A stretch of DNA of 64,000 nt from an uncultured cyanobacterium (GTDB taxonomy: Bacteria > Cyanobacteriota > Cyanobacteriia > PCC-6307 > Cyanobiaceae): contig CAVXWZ010000011.1 in assembly GCA_963765575.1 (NCBI GenBank), positions 224,001 through 288,000 on the forward strand. Reading direction: 5' to 3'. Position 1 is the first letter of the stretch; every line of letters begins with the position of its first letter. The position numbers and the translations under genes were made by a program. The notes beneath the pieces were generated by a model that was given only the letters and a program-made list of their open reading frames with translations, had not been told where the DNA came from and ran no database searches. This document shows, one piece after another, positions 20,459 through 31,187 of the stretch.

Positions 20459-21645
20459 GCCGGCACCTCCGCCAGACCAGCCCCGCCCTGCCCAGGCTCG
20501 GTTTGCTCCGGCTCGATTGGCTCTGAATCGATTGGCTCTGGCTCGGGCAGTGCCGGCTCGCCCGCGATGGGGTCAGCCTGCGCAACCGCTGGCGGGATGG
20601 CCGTGGCGTCCTTGGGGTCCTCAGCGGCGCCTCCATCGCCGCCGGCCGTGTCCTGGGGGGCGAGCTCTGGCTCAGCGGCCGGGATCTCGCCCAGCAGCAC
20701 CGCCAGCTCCGGCTCATTGAGCGTTCCCCCCAGCCAGCGGGGCCTCGGGCCTGCCGGCCCCACGGTCACCTCCCGCACAACACTGTTAAACGGAGGGTTG
20801 ATGGGCTCACCGCGCGCATCCACCAGCTCCATCAGCACGCTGTTGCTGCCGCGCCGCCAGCCTTTCAGCCACAGCGGCGCGTTCTGGTCCACCAGAAAAC
20901 TGTCGCCGTTGACCGTGACCCGCAGTCGCCAGCGCTCGTCCCCCTCGCGCAGCCCCTGCAGCGGGGCGTCCTGCAGCAACCAGTCGAGCAGCACCGGTTC
21001 GGCGCCCGCCAGATCCGCAGGGCTGGCCACGATCAGCTGGGGGGTGCCCGGGTCGGGCAGGGTCAGCGGGTTGGCGGCCACCCGGTGCAGGCGGATCTGG
21101 GCCGAGGCCCCTGGACGTTTCACCACTTCCCCCCAGGGCCGCATGGCCATCACGGTGATGCGGTGGCTTCCGGGCGTCAGCGGCTCCATCGGCACATCCA
21201 GCGCAAAGCGCTCCCCCGCCGGCCCCTCCCCCGTGAGTCGCCGGGGCAGGCCGTCGTCCACCTGCACGGCCAGATGGGCCCCCAGGCCCAGCTCGCCGGC
21301 ATCGCTGAGCGGCCAGTCATGGCCGCTGATGCGCAGGCTCCAGGCCCCGGATGGCAGCAGGCTGTCGTCCGTTGGCGAGGCGATTGTCAGCTGCGGTCTG
21401 CGGCCATCGAGTGCCCCGCGCAGTTGCTGCACAGCCAGTGGTGGAGCCACTTCCTGCAGGCGACCGGCGGGGCCGCTGGCGGCCAGGGGGGGCGGGGCCG
21501 CGGCCCCGCGATTGCGGTTGAGGCGGGAGCAGCCCGCCGGCGCCAGCAGCACCAGCAGCACGACCCCACTGAGCAGGGCCCGCAGCAGCCGCCTCCACCG
21601 TTGATGGCCGCCGGCCCGCACCACGCTCACCCGCCCGGTCCCCAT
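20455..21645 (-). CDS. Conserved hypothetical exported lipoprotein with acidic Pro-rich tail
   Basis: Basic + hydrophobic leader ending PAGC; GTGA/TGA overlap with cobJ start; EPIDS/EPIEP 15-bp repeats at C-terminus. Confidence 0.75.
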   Translation of the reverse strand: MGTGRVSVVRAGGHQRWRRLLRALLSGVVLLVLLAPAGCSRLNRNRGAAAPPPLAASGPAGRLQEVAPPLAVQQLRGALDGRRPQLTIASPTDDSLLPSGAWSLRISGHDWPLSDAGELGLGAHLAVQVDDGLPRRLTGEGPAGERFALDVPMEPLTPGSHRITVMAMRPWGEVVKRPGASAQIRLHRVAANPLTLPDPGTPQLIVASPADLAGAEPVLLDWLLQDAPLQGLREGDERWRLRVTVNGDSFLVDQNAPLWLKGWRRGSNSVLMELVDARGEPINPPFNSVVREVTVGPAGPRPRWLGGTLNEPELAVLLGEIPAAEPELAPQDTAGGDGGAAEDPKDATAIPPAVAQADPIAGEPALPEPEPIDSEPIEPEQTEPGQGGAGLAEVPA

Positions 21646-21861
21646 CGATCTGGAGCCATTCTGCTGGCCGGAGCGGCCGGCGCCCGAGAGCGGTGAGCGC
21701 CAGACGCAGTGACAGTAAAAATATAATCAGGATTGCTTGAATGGAAATTAGTTGACATTCCTCACTGCTGCCCAGAGCCCAGTTCAGCACTGGGAATCCG
21801 GGGTATTGAACCTTTGTTACTGCGCCCCAAAGTGTTTTGAAACTGGCCCCTATACTGCGCC

Positions 21862-22080
21862 CAGCGGTCCCCTATCTGGGGCCTAGCCCCAGCCTCAAAT
21901 GGCGGCTTCGGTGATCCCTCACCGGCGTCTCCGCGGCTGGAGCCCATGGACGGCCCGGTTCACCCCGTCCGCTCCATGGGGCCCAACGGCGTTGCCTCTC
22001 TTCTGGTTTCCAGTGGATGAGGCGTCGCTCCCCAGGGGTGGGGACCCCCACCTCGACTCCGTCCCTCGAGGAACGTCTCG
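21862..22080 (+). promoter_or_regulatory. Structured psaA 5' leader (psaA RNA motif-like), with -10-like TATACT at 21851-21856
   Basis: GGTCCCC/GGGGACC long-range pair, CCCATGGA/TCCATGGG stem, GCCTC/GAGGC stem, CTCGA/TCGAG stem covering the GAGG RBS. Confidence 0.6.
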
Positions 22081-24384
22081 ATGACCATCAGCCCACCAGA
22101 GCGTGGGAAAAAGGCCGAGGCCATGGTCGACCGGAACCGCGTTCCGGCCACGTTCGAGCTTTTTGAAAAGCCCGGGCATTTCGACCGCAGCCTTGCCAAA
22201 GGTCCCAAAACCACAACCTGGGTTTGGAACCTCCACGCCAACGCTCACGACTTCGACAGCCACACGAGTGACCTCGAAGAGGTCTCTCGCAAGATCTTCT
22301 CTGCTCACTTCGGCCACCTGGCCGTCATTTTCATCTGGTTGAGCGGCGCCTTCTATCACGGTGCCCGCTTCTCCAACTACACCGGCTGGCTTGCCGACCC
22401 TCTGCACGTCAAGCCTTCAGCTCAGGTGGTCTGGCCGATCTTTGGCCAGGAAATCCTCAATGGCGATGTGGGTGCCGGCTTCCACGGCATCCAGATCACC
22501 TCCGGTCTCTTCCATGTCTGGCGGGCCTGGGGCTTCACCAATGAGTTCCAATTGCTGTGTACGGCAATCGGCGCTTTGGTGATGGCCGGGTTGATGCTCA
22601 ATGCGGGCGTCTTCCACTACCACAAGGCAGCTCCAAAGCTGGAGTGGTTCCAGAACGTTGAGTCCATGCTCAACCACCACCTGGCTGGCCTTCTTGGCCT
22701 GGGCTCCCTGTCCTGGACCGGGCACCTTCTGCACGTGTCCCTGCCCACCACGGCCCTGATGGATGCCATTGATGCCGGCCAGCCGCTGGCGATCAATGGC
22801 AAGACCATCGCCTCCTACGGCGACATCCCGTTGCCGCACGAGTTCATCAACCAGGACGTCCTGTCCCAGATCTATCCAGGTTTTGGTGCGGGCATCTCCG
22901 CCTTCTTCACTGGTAACTGGGCGGCCTACAGCGACTTCCTCACCTTCAAAGGTGGGCTCAACCCCGTCACGGGAAGCCTCTGGATGACGGACATCGCCCA
23001 TCACCACCTGGCGATTGCGGTGCTGTTCATCGTGGCCGGTCACATGTACCGGACCAACTGGGGCATCGGTCACAGCCTCAAGGAAATCCTTGAGGGGCAG
23101 AAGGGCGATCCCCTGCTGTTCCCGGCTCCCAATGGTCACGATGGCCTGTTCGAGTTCATGACCACCAGCTGGCATGCCCAACTGGCCGTGAACCTGGCCC
23201 TCTTCGGTTCGCTGACCATCATCGTGGCGCATCACATGTATGCGATGCCGCCCTATCCCTACATCGGGATTGATTACCCAACCCAGGTTTCCCTGTTCAC
23301 ACACCACATGTGGATTGGCGGCTTCTTGGTGGTGGGTGCCGGTGCGCACGCGGCCATCGCCATGATCCGTGACTACGACCCCGCCAAGCACATCGACAAC
23401 GTGCTGGACCGGGTGCTCAAGGCACGGGATGCCCTGATCAGCCACCTCAACTGGGTCTGCATCTTCCTGGGCTTCCACAGCTTCGGTCTGTACATCCACA
23501 ACGACACCATGCGTGCCCTGGGTCGCCCCCAGGACATGTTCAGCGACTCCGCCATTGCCCTGAAGCCGATCTTCGCGCAGTGGATTCAGGGTCTGCATGC
23601 GGCTGCCGCCGGCACCACTGCTCCCAATGCCCTCGCGGGCGTGAGCGAGGTGTTCAACGGTTCCGTGGTGGCGGTGGGTGGCAAGGTTGCCGCGGCTCCG
23701 ATCCCCCTGGGCACGGCGGACTTCATGGTCCACCACATCCATGCCTTCACGATCCACGTCACCGTGCTGATCCTGCTGAAGGGTGTGCTGTATGCCCGCA
23801 GCTCCCGCCTCGTCCCCGACAAGGCGAACCTCGGTTTCCGTTTCCCCTGCGACGGCCCCGGCCGTGGCGGTACCTGTCAGGTGTCGGCCTGGGACCACGT
23901 GTTCCTTGGTCTCTTCTGGATGTACAACTCCCTGTCGATCGTGATCTTCCACTTCTCCTGGAAGATGCAGAGCGACGTGTGGGGCACCGTCAATGCCGAC
24001 GGCAGCGTCCAGCACATCACCAACGGCAACTTTGCCCAGAGCGCCATCACCATCAATGGCTGGCTGCGTGACTTCCTGTGGGCCCAGGCCGCACAGGTGA
24101 TCAACAGCTATGGCTCCAGTTCCAGTGCCTATGGCCTGATGTTCCTGGGTGCCCACTTCGTCTGGGCTTTCAGCCTGATGTTCCTGTTCAGCGGCCGCGG
24201 CTACTGGCAGGAGCTGATTGAGTCCATCGTCTGGGCTCACAACAAGCTGAAGGTGGCGCCGGCCATTCAGCCCCGTGCGCTCTCCATCACTCAGGGCCGT
24301 GCCGTGGGTGTCGCTCACTATCTTTTGGGCGGTATCGCGACCACTTGGTCCTTCTTCCTGGCCCGCATGATTGCGGTCGGCTGA
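22081..24384 (+). CDS. psaA: Photosystem I P700 apoprotein A1
   Basis: [27 protein letters not shown]. Confidence 0.99.
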   Translation: MTISPPERGKKAEAMVDRNRVPATFELFEKPGHFDRSLAKGPKTTTWVWNLHANAHDFDSHTSDLEEVSRKIFSAHFGHLAVIFIWLSGAFYHGARFSNYTGWLADPLHVKPSAQVVWPIFGQEILNGDVGAGFHGIQITSGLFHVWRAWGFTNEFQLLCTAIGALVMAGLMLNAGVFHYHKAAPKLEWFQNVESMLNHHLAGLLGLGSLSWTGHLLHVSLPTTALMDAIDAGQPLAINGKTIASYGDIPLPHEFINQDVLSQIYPGFGAGISAFFTGNWAAYSDFLTFKGGLNPVTGSLWMTDIAHHHLAIAVLFIVAGHMYRTNWGIGHSLKEILEGQKGDPLLFPAPNGHDGLFEFMTTSWHAQLAVNLALFGSLTIIVAHHMYAMPPYPYIGIDYPTQVSLFTHHMWIGGFLVVGAGAHAAIAMIRDYDPAKHIDNVLDRVLKARDALISHLNWVCIFLGFHSFGLYIHNDTMRALGRPQDMFSDSAIALKPIFAQWIQGLHAAAAGTTAPNALAGVSEVFNGSVVAVGGKVAAAPIPLGTADFMVHHIHAFTIHVTVLILLKGVLYARSSRLVPDKANLGFRFPCDGPGRGGTCQVSAWDHVFLGLFWMYNSLSIVIFHFSWKMQSDVWGTVNADGSVQHITNGNFAQSAITINGWLRDFLWAQAAQVINSYGSSSSAYGLMFLGAHFVWAFSLMFLFSGRGYWQELIESIVWAHNKLKVAPAIQPRALSITQGRAVGVAHYLLGGIATTWSFFLARMIAVG

Positions 24385-24403
24385 CCTTTCCTGACCTTTC
24401 CCA

Positions 24404-26626
24404 ATGGCAACGAAATTTCCTTCGTTCAGCCAGGGTCTGGCACAGGACCCGACAACCCGCCGGATTTGGTACGGCATTGCCACGGCTCACGACTTCGAGA
24501 GCCACGACGGCATGACCGAGGAGCGGCTTTACCAAAAGCTGTTCTCCACCCACTTCGGACACCTGGCCGTTATCGGCCTCTGGGTTTCGGGCAACCTGTT
24601 CCATATCGCCTGGCAGGGCAACTTTGAACAGTGGGTCACCGATCCGCTGAATGTCCGTCCCATCGCTCACGCGATCTGGGATCCCCACTTCGGTGAAGGC
24701 GCCATTTCGGCCTTCACCCAGGCTGGCGCTTCCTCTCCGGTGAACGTCGCCTACTCCGGTCTGTACCACTGGTGGTACACGATCGGCATGCGCAGCAATG
24801 CCGAGCTGTATCAGGGTGCCATCTTCATGATGATCCTGTCGGCCTGGGCGCTGTTCGCTGGTTGGCTTCACCTTCAGCCCAAGTTCCGGCCTTCCCTGGC
24901 CTGGTTCAAGAACGCTGAATCCCGCCTCAACCACCACCTGGCGGTGCTGTTCGGTTTCAGCTCCATCGCCTGGACCGGTCACCTGGTCCACGTGGCGATT
25001 CCTGAGTCCCGCGGCCAGCACGTGGGTTGGGACAACTTCCTCTCGGTGTTGCCCCACCCCGCCGGTCTCGGACCGTTCTTCACCGGCAACTGGGGCGTCT
25101 ACGCCCAGAACCCCGATACCCCCTACCAGCTGTTCAACACCGCTGAAGGTTCGGGCACCGCGATCCTCACCTTCCTGGGTGGCTTCCATCCTCAGACGGA
25201 AGCGCTCTGGCTCACCGACATCGCCCATCACCATCTGGCGATTGGCGTGATCTTCGTGATCGCTGGCCACATGTACCGCACCAACTTCGGTATCGGCCAC
25301 TCGATTCGCGAGATCCTCGACGCCCACAACCCACCCAAGGGAACCCCCGGTGATCTGGGCGCAGGCCACAAAGGCCTCTACGACACCATCAACAACTCGC
25401 TCCACTTCCAACTCGGTCTGGCCCTCGCCAGCCTTGGTGTGGCGACGAGCCTGGTGGCCCAGCACATGTATGCCCTGCCGTCCTATGCGTTCATCGCACA
25501 GGACTACACCACGCAGGCTGCGCTCTACACCCACCACCAGTACATCGCCATCTTCCTGATGTGCGGTGCCTTCGCCCACGGTGCGATCTTCTTCATCCGT
25601 GACTACGACCCCGAAGCCAACAAGAACAACGTTCTGGCCCGGGTGCTCGAGCACAAGGAAGCGATCATCAGCCACCTGAGCTGGGTGTCCCTGTTCCTCG
25701 GCTTCCACACCCTGGGTCTCTACGTCCACAACGATGTGGTCGTGGCCTTCGGTACCCCCGAGAAGCAGATCCTGATTGAGCCGGTCTTCGCCCAGTTCGT
25801 TCAGGCCTCCTCTGGTAAGGCTCTGTACGGCATGGATGTGTTGCTCTCCAACCCCGAGAGCATCGCTTCCACCGCCTGGCCCAACTACGGCGCCGTCTGG
25901 CTGCCCGGTTGGCTGGAAAGCCTCAACTCCGGCACCAACTCCCTCTTCCTCCAGATCGGTCCTGGTGACTTCCTGGTGCACCACGCCATTGCGCTGGGTC
26001 TCCACACCACCACCCTGATCCTGGTGAAGGGCGCCCTGGATGCCCGGGGTTCGAAGCTGATGCCCGACAAGAAGGACTTCGGCTACTCCTTCCCCTGCGA
26101 CGGCCCCGGCCGTGGCGGTACCTGCGACATCAGTGCCTGGGACGCCTTCTATCTGGCGGTCTTCTGGGCCCTGAACACCGTGGGTTGGGTGACCTTCTAC
26201 TGGCACTGGAAGCACCTGGCGATCTGGCAGGGCAACGTGGCCCAGTTCAACGAATCCAGCACCTACCTCATGGGCTGGTTCCGCGATTACCTGTGGCTCA
26301 ACAGCTCCCAGCTGATCAATGGCTACAACCCGGCCGGTACCAACAACCTGGCTGTCTGGGCCTGGATGTTCCTCTTCGGTCACCTGGTCTGGGCCACCGG
26401 CTTCATGTTCCTGATCTCCTGGAGGGGGTACTGGCAGGAGCTGATCGAGACCATCGTCTGGGCTCACCAGCGCACTCCGCTCGCCAACCTGGTGGGCTGG
26501 CGTGACAAGCCTGTGGCGCTCTCGATCGTTCAGGCCCGGGTGGTGGGTCTGGCTCACTTCACGGTGGGTTACTTCCTCACCTACGCCGCCTTCCTGATCG
26601 CCTCGACGGCCGGTAAGTTCGGCTGA
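24404..26626 (+). CDS. psaB: Photosystem I P700 apoprotein A2
   Basis: [45 protein letters not shown]. Confidence 0.99.
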   Translation: MATKFPSFSQGLAQDPTTRRIWYGIATAHDFESHDGMTEERLYQKLFSTHFGHLAVIGLWVSGNLFHIAWQGNFEQWVTDPLNVRPIAHAIWDPHFGEGAISAFTQAGASSPVNVAYSGLYHWWYTIGMRSNAELYQGAIFMMILSAWALFAGWLHLQPKFRPSLAWFKNAESRLNHHLAVLFGFSSIAWTGHLVHVAIPESRGQHVGWDNFLSVLPHPAGLGPFFTGNWGVYAQNPDTPYQLFNTAEGSGTAILTFLGGFHPQTEALWLTDIAHHHLAIGVIFVIAGHMYRTNFGIGHSIREILDAHNPPKGTPGDLGAGHKGLYDTINNSLHFQLGLALASLGVATSLVAQHMYALPSYAFIAQDYTTQAALYTHHQYIAIFLMCGAFAHGAIFFIRDYDPEANKNNVLARVLEHKEAIISHLSWVSLFLGFHTLGLYVHNDVVVAFGTPEKQILIEPVFAQFVQASSGKALYGMDVLLSNPESIASTAWPNYGAVWLPGWLESLNSGTNSLFLQIGPGDFLVHHAIALGLHTTTLILVKGALDARGSKLMPDKKDFGYSFPCDGPGRGGTCDISAWDAFYLAVFWALNTVGWVTFYWHWKHLAIWQGNVAQFNESSTYLMGWFRDYLWLNSSQLINGYNPAGTNNLAVWAWMFLFGHLVWATGFMFLISWRGYWQELIETIVWAHQRTPLANLVGWRDKPVALSIVQARVVGLAHFTVGYFLTYAAFLIASTAGKFG

Positions 26627-26648
26627 TCCCACTCTCGAGGGACCCTTG

Positions 26649-26673
26649 ACCCCGGCCTTGGCCGGGGTTTTTT
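26649..26673 (+). terminator. Intrinsic terminator of psaAB
   Basis: ACCCCGGCC-TT-GGCCGGGGT inverted repeat followed by T run. Confidence 0.88.
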
Positions 26674-26721
26674 CATGGCCTGTTCATGGCCTGATGGTCA
26701 TGCCCTCAAGGCTTCATCCCT

Positions 26722-26982
26722 TCAAGGCTTCTTCGCCTCCAGATAATTGCTGCGCACGTAGTCCCAGTCCTCGCAGCGCAGTTCATCGCCACTGGTGATT
26801 GAGCGCTCTCCGTGCTGGCACTCCACCATCGCCTGATGACCCTGGCGCATCAGCGCCTCGTTCACCTTGGCATCGCAGCCCGCTAGCGCCACGCTCAGCG
26901 GCACGAGCAGGCAGAACCAGGCCGGCCAACGGGGCTGGTGCTGCCGCTGCAGGTCGTCGTCGTGGGATCGGTTGTTGATCAT
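26722..26982 (-). CDS. Small hypothetical lipoprotein (86 aa)
   Basis: ATG at 26982; hydrophobic stretch ending in LAG-C lipobox; two further Cys; GC3-rich codon usage. Confidence 0.65.
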   Translation of the reverse strand: MINNRSHDDDLQRQHQPRWPAWFCLLVPLSVALAGCDAKVNEALMRQGHQAMVECQHGERSITSGDELRCEDWDYVRSNYLEAKKP

Positions 26983-27088
26983 GGGGGTGAATGCGGCCAG
27001 GATCATCCTGCCCAACGGCAGCCCCTTTTCCGCTTCGTCAAGTCAGCGTCTCCCCAGGCCAATCACGCTGCCGCCAGCGGCAAGCCAT

Positions 27089-27113
27089 GAAAAAGGCCCC
27101 GCTGTGCGGGGCC
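27089..27113 (-). terminator. Intrinsic terminator after psaL
   Basis: Minus strand GGCCCCGC-ACA-GCGGGGCC followed by TTTTT. Confidence 0.8.
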
Positions 27114-27162
27114 GGAGCGATTTGGCAAGGTTGGCAAGGCGGCCTGCTGGCCGGACTCCTGG

Positions 27163-27651
27163 TCAGCCAGCACTCCAGACGCCGCCCAGGTGAGCCAGGG
27201 GGCTCGACAGGGCGATGCTGGCCAGGAACCAGGCGAAGGCGGCGCCGCCGCAGCCACCCAGCCAGAAGCCGCTGGCGAACTCGGCCCAGCCGGCCTTGGT
27301 GAACAGGTCGGCGGGAGGGTTGTCGATGGTGGCATCCGCTGGCTGGACGTTGGGTCCATTCCCTGCCGTGCTGTAGATCGACAGGCAGACGGTGAGGATC
27401 GAGACCAGACCAATGGCACCCAGCAGCCCTGCGGTGCTGGCGTAGTCGGTCATGCGCAGCGGACCGGTGAAGGCGAAGGGGCCATACAGCAGGTAGCCAT
27501 GGGCCATGCCCACTTCCAGACCGCGGCGGTTGGGCGACAGGGAGGGGCGATAGGCCGGCAGGGCGTTCAGAAAGGCCTTGCTGAAATAGCTGCTGTTAAC
27601 GGGGGTGGCCAGATTGCCGACACAGGGGTCGGCGACGGGGGTCACGGTCAT
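27163..27651 (-). CDS. psaL: Photosystem I reaction centre subunit XI
   Basis: [41 protein letters not shown]. Confidence 0.98.
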   Translation of the reverse strand: MTVTPVADPCVGNLATPVNSSYFSKAFLNALPAYRPSLSPNRRGLEVGMAHGYLLYGPFAFTGPLRMTDYASTAGLLGAIGLVSILTVCLSIYSTAGNGPNVQPADATIDNPPADLFTKAGWAEFASGFWLGGCGGAAFAWFLASIALSSPLAHLGGVWSAG

Positions 27652-27767
27652 GGGTTGGTGGGGAGTGCTGAGCTGAGAAGGCTGGTGCTGAGACAGGTTG
27701 CCTGGGGAAGGCCGCGCTTGAAAGGTCGCGCTGCTGGCCGTTGCGCTTGGGCGCGGGAACTACGGCC

Positions 27768-27884
27768 TCACTCGGTGGCTTCAATCACGTTGAACAGCAG
27801 CGCCATGGCCACGGCTGCGCCGAGGATGCCCACGAGGGGGACCAGCACCGAAGGCATCCAGGCGGCAGCAAATTCTCCAGTCAT
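27768..27884 (-). CDS. psaI: Photosystem I reaction centre subunit VIII
   Basis: MTGEFAAAWMPSVLVPLVG..; 38 aa directly upstream of psaL. Confidence 0.96.
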   Translation of the reverse strand: MTGEFAAAWMPSVLVPLVGILGAAVAMALLFNVIEATE

Positions 27885-27975
27885 GACAGGGGGCCGAAAC
27901 ATACCAGCCGTACTGTAAAGATCGTTGCCGGACGGGCCTTTTGGCGGCCCTGCTGACGACATAAAAGTTCAATCC

Positions 27976-28500
27976 ATGACCACGACGCTCTTCGCTGGGG
28001 CCACCGCCCTTTTGCTGGTTCTCTCCTTGATCCTGCGTCGCCGCAGCCCGCCTCCCCTGCTGCGATCCAGCGATACCCGTGCGATCGCCGCCCTCAATCG
28101 GGCCCAGATCGCCCTGGCGGCCTCCGCCGCCCCCCGCCAGGAACCGGCAGGGCCTGCCGTGGCCAGCCCAGCGCCGCCGACAGAGCCGCCGCTGGCTGGG
28201 GACGGGCCCGCGCCGGTCCCCCTTCCTGCCCCCGCCGATTCGCGCCGGCGGGCCGAGCTCACGGCACGGCTGCAGCACCAGCTCCACGGCGACCCCCGCC
28301 AACGCCTGCAGGCCATGCGCACCGCCCGGCGCTGGGGACACCCGGCGGTTCTGCCGCTGCTGCGCCGTGGCCTGCGGGATGTGGACCCCAGCGTTGTGCT
28401 GGAGGCGGTGCAAGGGATTGAGCGCTTTCGCACCTGCCCCCACGTCGCCGCCGCCCGCCCTCAGCGGCCGCTGCCGCGCAATGTCTCCCGCACCCGGTAG
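27976..28500 (+). CDS. Membrane-anchored HEAT-repeat domain protein
   Basis: N-terminal TM helix, Pro-rich linker, VLPLLRRGLRDVDPSVVLEA HEAT-like repeat. Confidence 0.75.
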   Translation: MTTTLFAGATALLLVLSLILRRRSPPPLLRSSDTRAIAALNRAQIALAASAAPRQEPAGPAVASPAPPTEPPLAGDGPAPVPLPAPADSRRRAELTARLQHQLHGDPRQRLQAMRTARRWGHPAVLPLLRRGLRDVDPSVVLEAVQGIERFRTCPHVAAARPQRPLPRNVSRTR

Positions 28501-29411
28501 ATCGGCCGACCCTGGCTTTCGTGATATGTGCGCATCTGCAGCTCGGCCAGCAGGCCGAAGCAGAACAGCTGCACTCCGGCGAGGAAGCTGATCAGGGCCA
28601 TCAGCAGCAGCGGCCGATCACCCAGATCGGTGCCCAGGATCAGCTTCTCGCCCACCAGCCAGAGGCTGATCAGCAGTCCTGCCCCCATCGCCGCCAGACC
28701 AGCCCCCCCGAACACGTGCATGGGCCGGGTGAGAAAGCGCTTCATGAACCACACCGTGAGCAGGTCCATCAACACCCGGTAGGTGCGATCGAGCCCGTAC
28801 TTGCTCTGCCCGAAGCGGCGGGCATGGTGGCTCACCTGCACCTCGGCGATGCGGGCCCCCTCGATCGCCGCCAGGGCCGGCAGGAAGCGATGCAGTTCGC
28901 CGTAGAGGTTGAGGTTGTCGATCACCTCGCGGCGGTAGGCCTTGAGGGAGCAGCCGTAGTCGTGCAGCCGCACTCCGGTGACGCGGCCGATCAGGCTGTT
29001 GGCGAGCCGGCTGGGCAGCAGCCGGCTGAGGGCGGCGTCCTGGCGCCGGTGGCGCCAGCCGCTCACCAGGTCATAGCCCTCGTCGAGGCGCTCCAGCAGC
29101 AGCGGGATATCCAGGGGATCGTTCTGCAGATCGCCGTCCAGGGTCACGAGCACATCGCCCCGGCTGGTGTCGAAGCCGGCGGCCATGGCGGCGGTCTGGC
29201 CGTAGTTGCGGCGCAGCAGCACCGCCACCAGTTCCGGCACCTCGGCCTGCAGCTGCCTCAACACCGCCGCTGAACCGTCCTGGGAGCCGTCATCCACCAG
29301 CACGAGCTCGAAGCTCATCCCCAGGGGGCGGACGCCGGCGAGCAGCTCCCGCACCAGCTGGGGCAGGCTCTGCTCTTCGTTGAACAGCGGCACCACCACT
29401 GAGAGATCCAT
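28461..29411 (-). CDS. Glycosyltransferase family 2 (polyprenol-phosphate glycosyltransferase-like)
   Basis: LSVVVPLFNEE, VDDGSQD, RNYGQ, DGDLQNDP; two C-terminal TM helices. Confidence 0.93.
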   Translation of the reverse strand: MDLSVVVPLFNEEQSLPQLVRELLAGVRPLGMSFELVLVDDGSQDGSAAVLRQLQAEVPELVAVLLRRNYGQTAAMAAGFDTSRGDVLVTLDGDLQNDPLDIPLLLERLDEGYDLVSGWRHRRQDAALSRLLPSRLANSLIGRVTGVRLHDYGCSLKAYRREVIDNLNLYGELHRFLPALAAIEGARIAEVQVSHHARRFGQSKYGLDRTYRVLMDLLTVWFMKRFLTRPMHVFGGAGLAAMGAGLLISLWLVGEKLILGTDLGDRPLLLMALISFLAGVQLFCFGLLAELQMRTYHESQGRPIYRVRETLRGSGR

Positions 29412-29435
29412 GGCCGAGCCGCCCACCGAGGGAAC

Positions 29436-30224
29436 CTACGCGGGCAGGGGGCTGCCGTCGTGGCAGCGCATCACCCGCCCGGCGCCGCGCAGCTCCTGGC
29501 GGTAGTGCCGGGCCACCGGGTGGCCGTTGCGGGGGCTGAGATCGTCGATGCCGAGACCGTCACGGCCGTGCTCCCGGCCGGAGCTGTGCAGGTAGCGGCC
29601 CCCGCCCAGATGCAGCCCCACGTGGGTGCAGCGCCGGGGGCTGCCGAAGAAGATCAGATCCCCCGGCTCCAGCAGCTGGGTCTGGTCGGGCCGCAGGGCC
29701 ACCGGCTGGCAGAAGCGCTCCTGCAGGTAGGCATCGCGCGGCAGCCAGATGCCGGCGCTGGCGTAGGCGGCCTGCACCAGGCCGGAACAGTCGAAGTCGG
29801 GGCCGATGGCGCCTCCCCACAGGTAGCTGTTGGGGCGCTCCGCCGCCGCCAGCGCCCAGGCCAGCACCTGGGTCAGCCGCGGCCGGATGGCCCACCGCTG
29901 CAGCAGCCGGGGCTGCGGTCGGGAGGCCGCCACGGCGATCCCCAGCAGCGCCGCCGGCGCCACCCAGCCGGGATAGCCGTCCTCCAGCAGGCGCACCCGC
30001 ACCCGCCCTGCAGCCGCCCCGTGCGGGTCGGCCGCCGCTGGGCCCAGCACCTGCAGCCGCCGCCCCGCCGCAGCCTGGGTGGCGAGGCCCTCGCCATGGG
30101 GCCGGGCGTGCAGGTTGAGCGGGGCCCGCAGTTGCCAGATGCTGCCGGGCCTCAGCAGCTCCACGGCCACCGGGCTGCCATCGCTCGGGGCTGGGGCGGA
30201 TGGATCGGGGGGCAGGGGGGGCAT
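29436..30224 (-). CDS. NlpC/P60 (C40) cell-wall peptidase with N-terminal SH3-like region
   Basis: YLWGG..FDCSGL, PGDLIFF, HVGL catalytic motifs. Confidence 0.92.
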   Translation of the reverse strand: MPPLPPDPSAPAPSDGSPVAVELLRPGSIWQLRAPLNLHARPHGEGLATQAAAGRRLQVLGPAAADPHGAAAGRVRVRLLEDGYPGWVAPAALLGIAVAASRPQPRLLQRWAIRPRLTQVLAWALAAAERPNSYLWGGAIGPDFDCSGLVQAAYASAGIWLPRDAYLQERFCQPVALRPDQTQLLEPGDLIFFGSPRRCTHVGLHLGGGRYLHSSGREHGRDGLGIDDLSPRNGHPVARHYRQELRGAGRVMRCHDGSPLPA

Positions 30225-30256
30225 GCCTAATCTCGCCGCAATGGTTGCCGGATTCG

Positions 30257-31180
30257 ATGGCGTTCTACAGCCCCACTCCGGCCATGGACCAGACCTTGGC
30301 GGACCTGGTGCGGGCGCTGGAACTGCAGGATCGTGCCGGCCTGGCCCAACGGCTCTCGATCACCTGGGTGCGCTACTCCGTGGCCCTGTCCGGGCTGGGT
30401 GGTGCTGAGGCCGCCCCTCCGCTGGCCGCCCAGGGGGCGAGCTGGGCGGGCAACCGCCAGCGCTACCCGGCCAGTGTGATCAAGCTGGTGTATCTGATCG
30501 CCGCCGAGGCCTGGCTGCAGGACGACCTGCTGCCGGACGATGTCGAGCTGCGCCGCGCCCTGGCGGCGATGATCCAGGAGTCCAGCAACGATGCCACCGG
30601 GCTGGTGGTGGACCTGCTCAGCGGCACCACCAGCGGCCCGTCGCTGCCGGCCGAAGCCATGGCCAGCTGGATGGGCCAGCGGCAGCTGGTGAACAGCTGG
30701 CTGGCCGCGCTCGACTGGACCGAACTCGAGGGCGTCAATGCCTGTCAGAAGACATGGGGCGATGGGCCCTTCGGCCGGGAGAGAGAGTTCTACGGGGCCA
30801 GCTTCGAGAACCGCAACCGCCTGAGCAGCGACGCCAGTGCCCGGCTGCTGCAGGCCGTGATGGCCTCGGCCCTGGTCTCGCCACCGGCCTGCGCACGCAT
30901 GCAGGCCCTGCTGGCCCGCAGTCTCGATCCGGAGCAGCGGGCGGCCGATCCCGAGAACCAGGTGGATGGCTTCCTGGGCGAGGGCCTGCCCCCGGGGGCG
31001 CGGCTGTGGAGCAAGGCGGGCTGGATGAGCGCGGCCCGTCACGACGCCGCCTACGTGGAAGCCGAGGGTCACAACCCCTTCCTGCTGGTGGTGTTCAGCG
31101 AAGGGGTGGACTGCGCGGCCGATGCCACCCTGCTGCCCGAGATCGCCCGCCGGCTCAGCGCCGTCTGCAGGATCGAGTGA
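30257..31180 (+). CDS. Serine hydrolase, class A beta-lactamase-like / PBP
   Basis: PASVIK (SxxK), SSNDAT, SKAG motifs. Confidence 0.88.
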   Translation: MAFYSPTPAMDQTLADLVRALELQDRAGLAQRLSITWVRYSVALSGLGGAEAAPPLAAQGASWAGNRQRYPASVIKLVYLIAAEAWLQDDLLPDDVELRRALAAMIQESSNDATGLVVDLLSGTTSGPSLPAEAMASWMGQRQLVNSWLAALDWTELEGVNACQKTWGDGPFGREREFYGASFENRNRLSSDASARLLQAVMASALVSPPACARMQALLARSLDPEQRAADPENQVDGFLGEGLPPGARLWSKAGWMSAARHDAAYVEAEGHNPFLLVVFSEGVDCAADATLLPEIARRLSAVCRIE

Positions 31181-31187
31181 TGGTCAA

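Noticed and set aside
22417..26632. 688-aa and 781-aa ORFs antisense to psaA/psaB
   Set aside because: Codon-registered shadows of highly biased genes
30257..31180. Beta-lactamase-like gene as an acquired resistance determinant
   Set aside because: Host-like composition, no mobility signs, and SSN/KAG variants fit the conserved cyanobacterial PBP-like family
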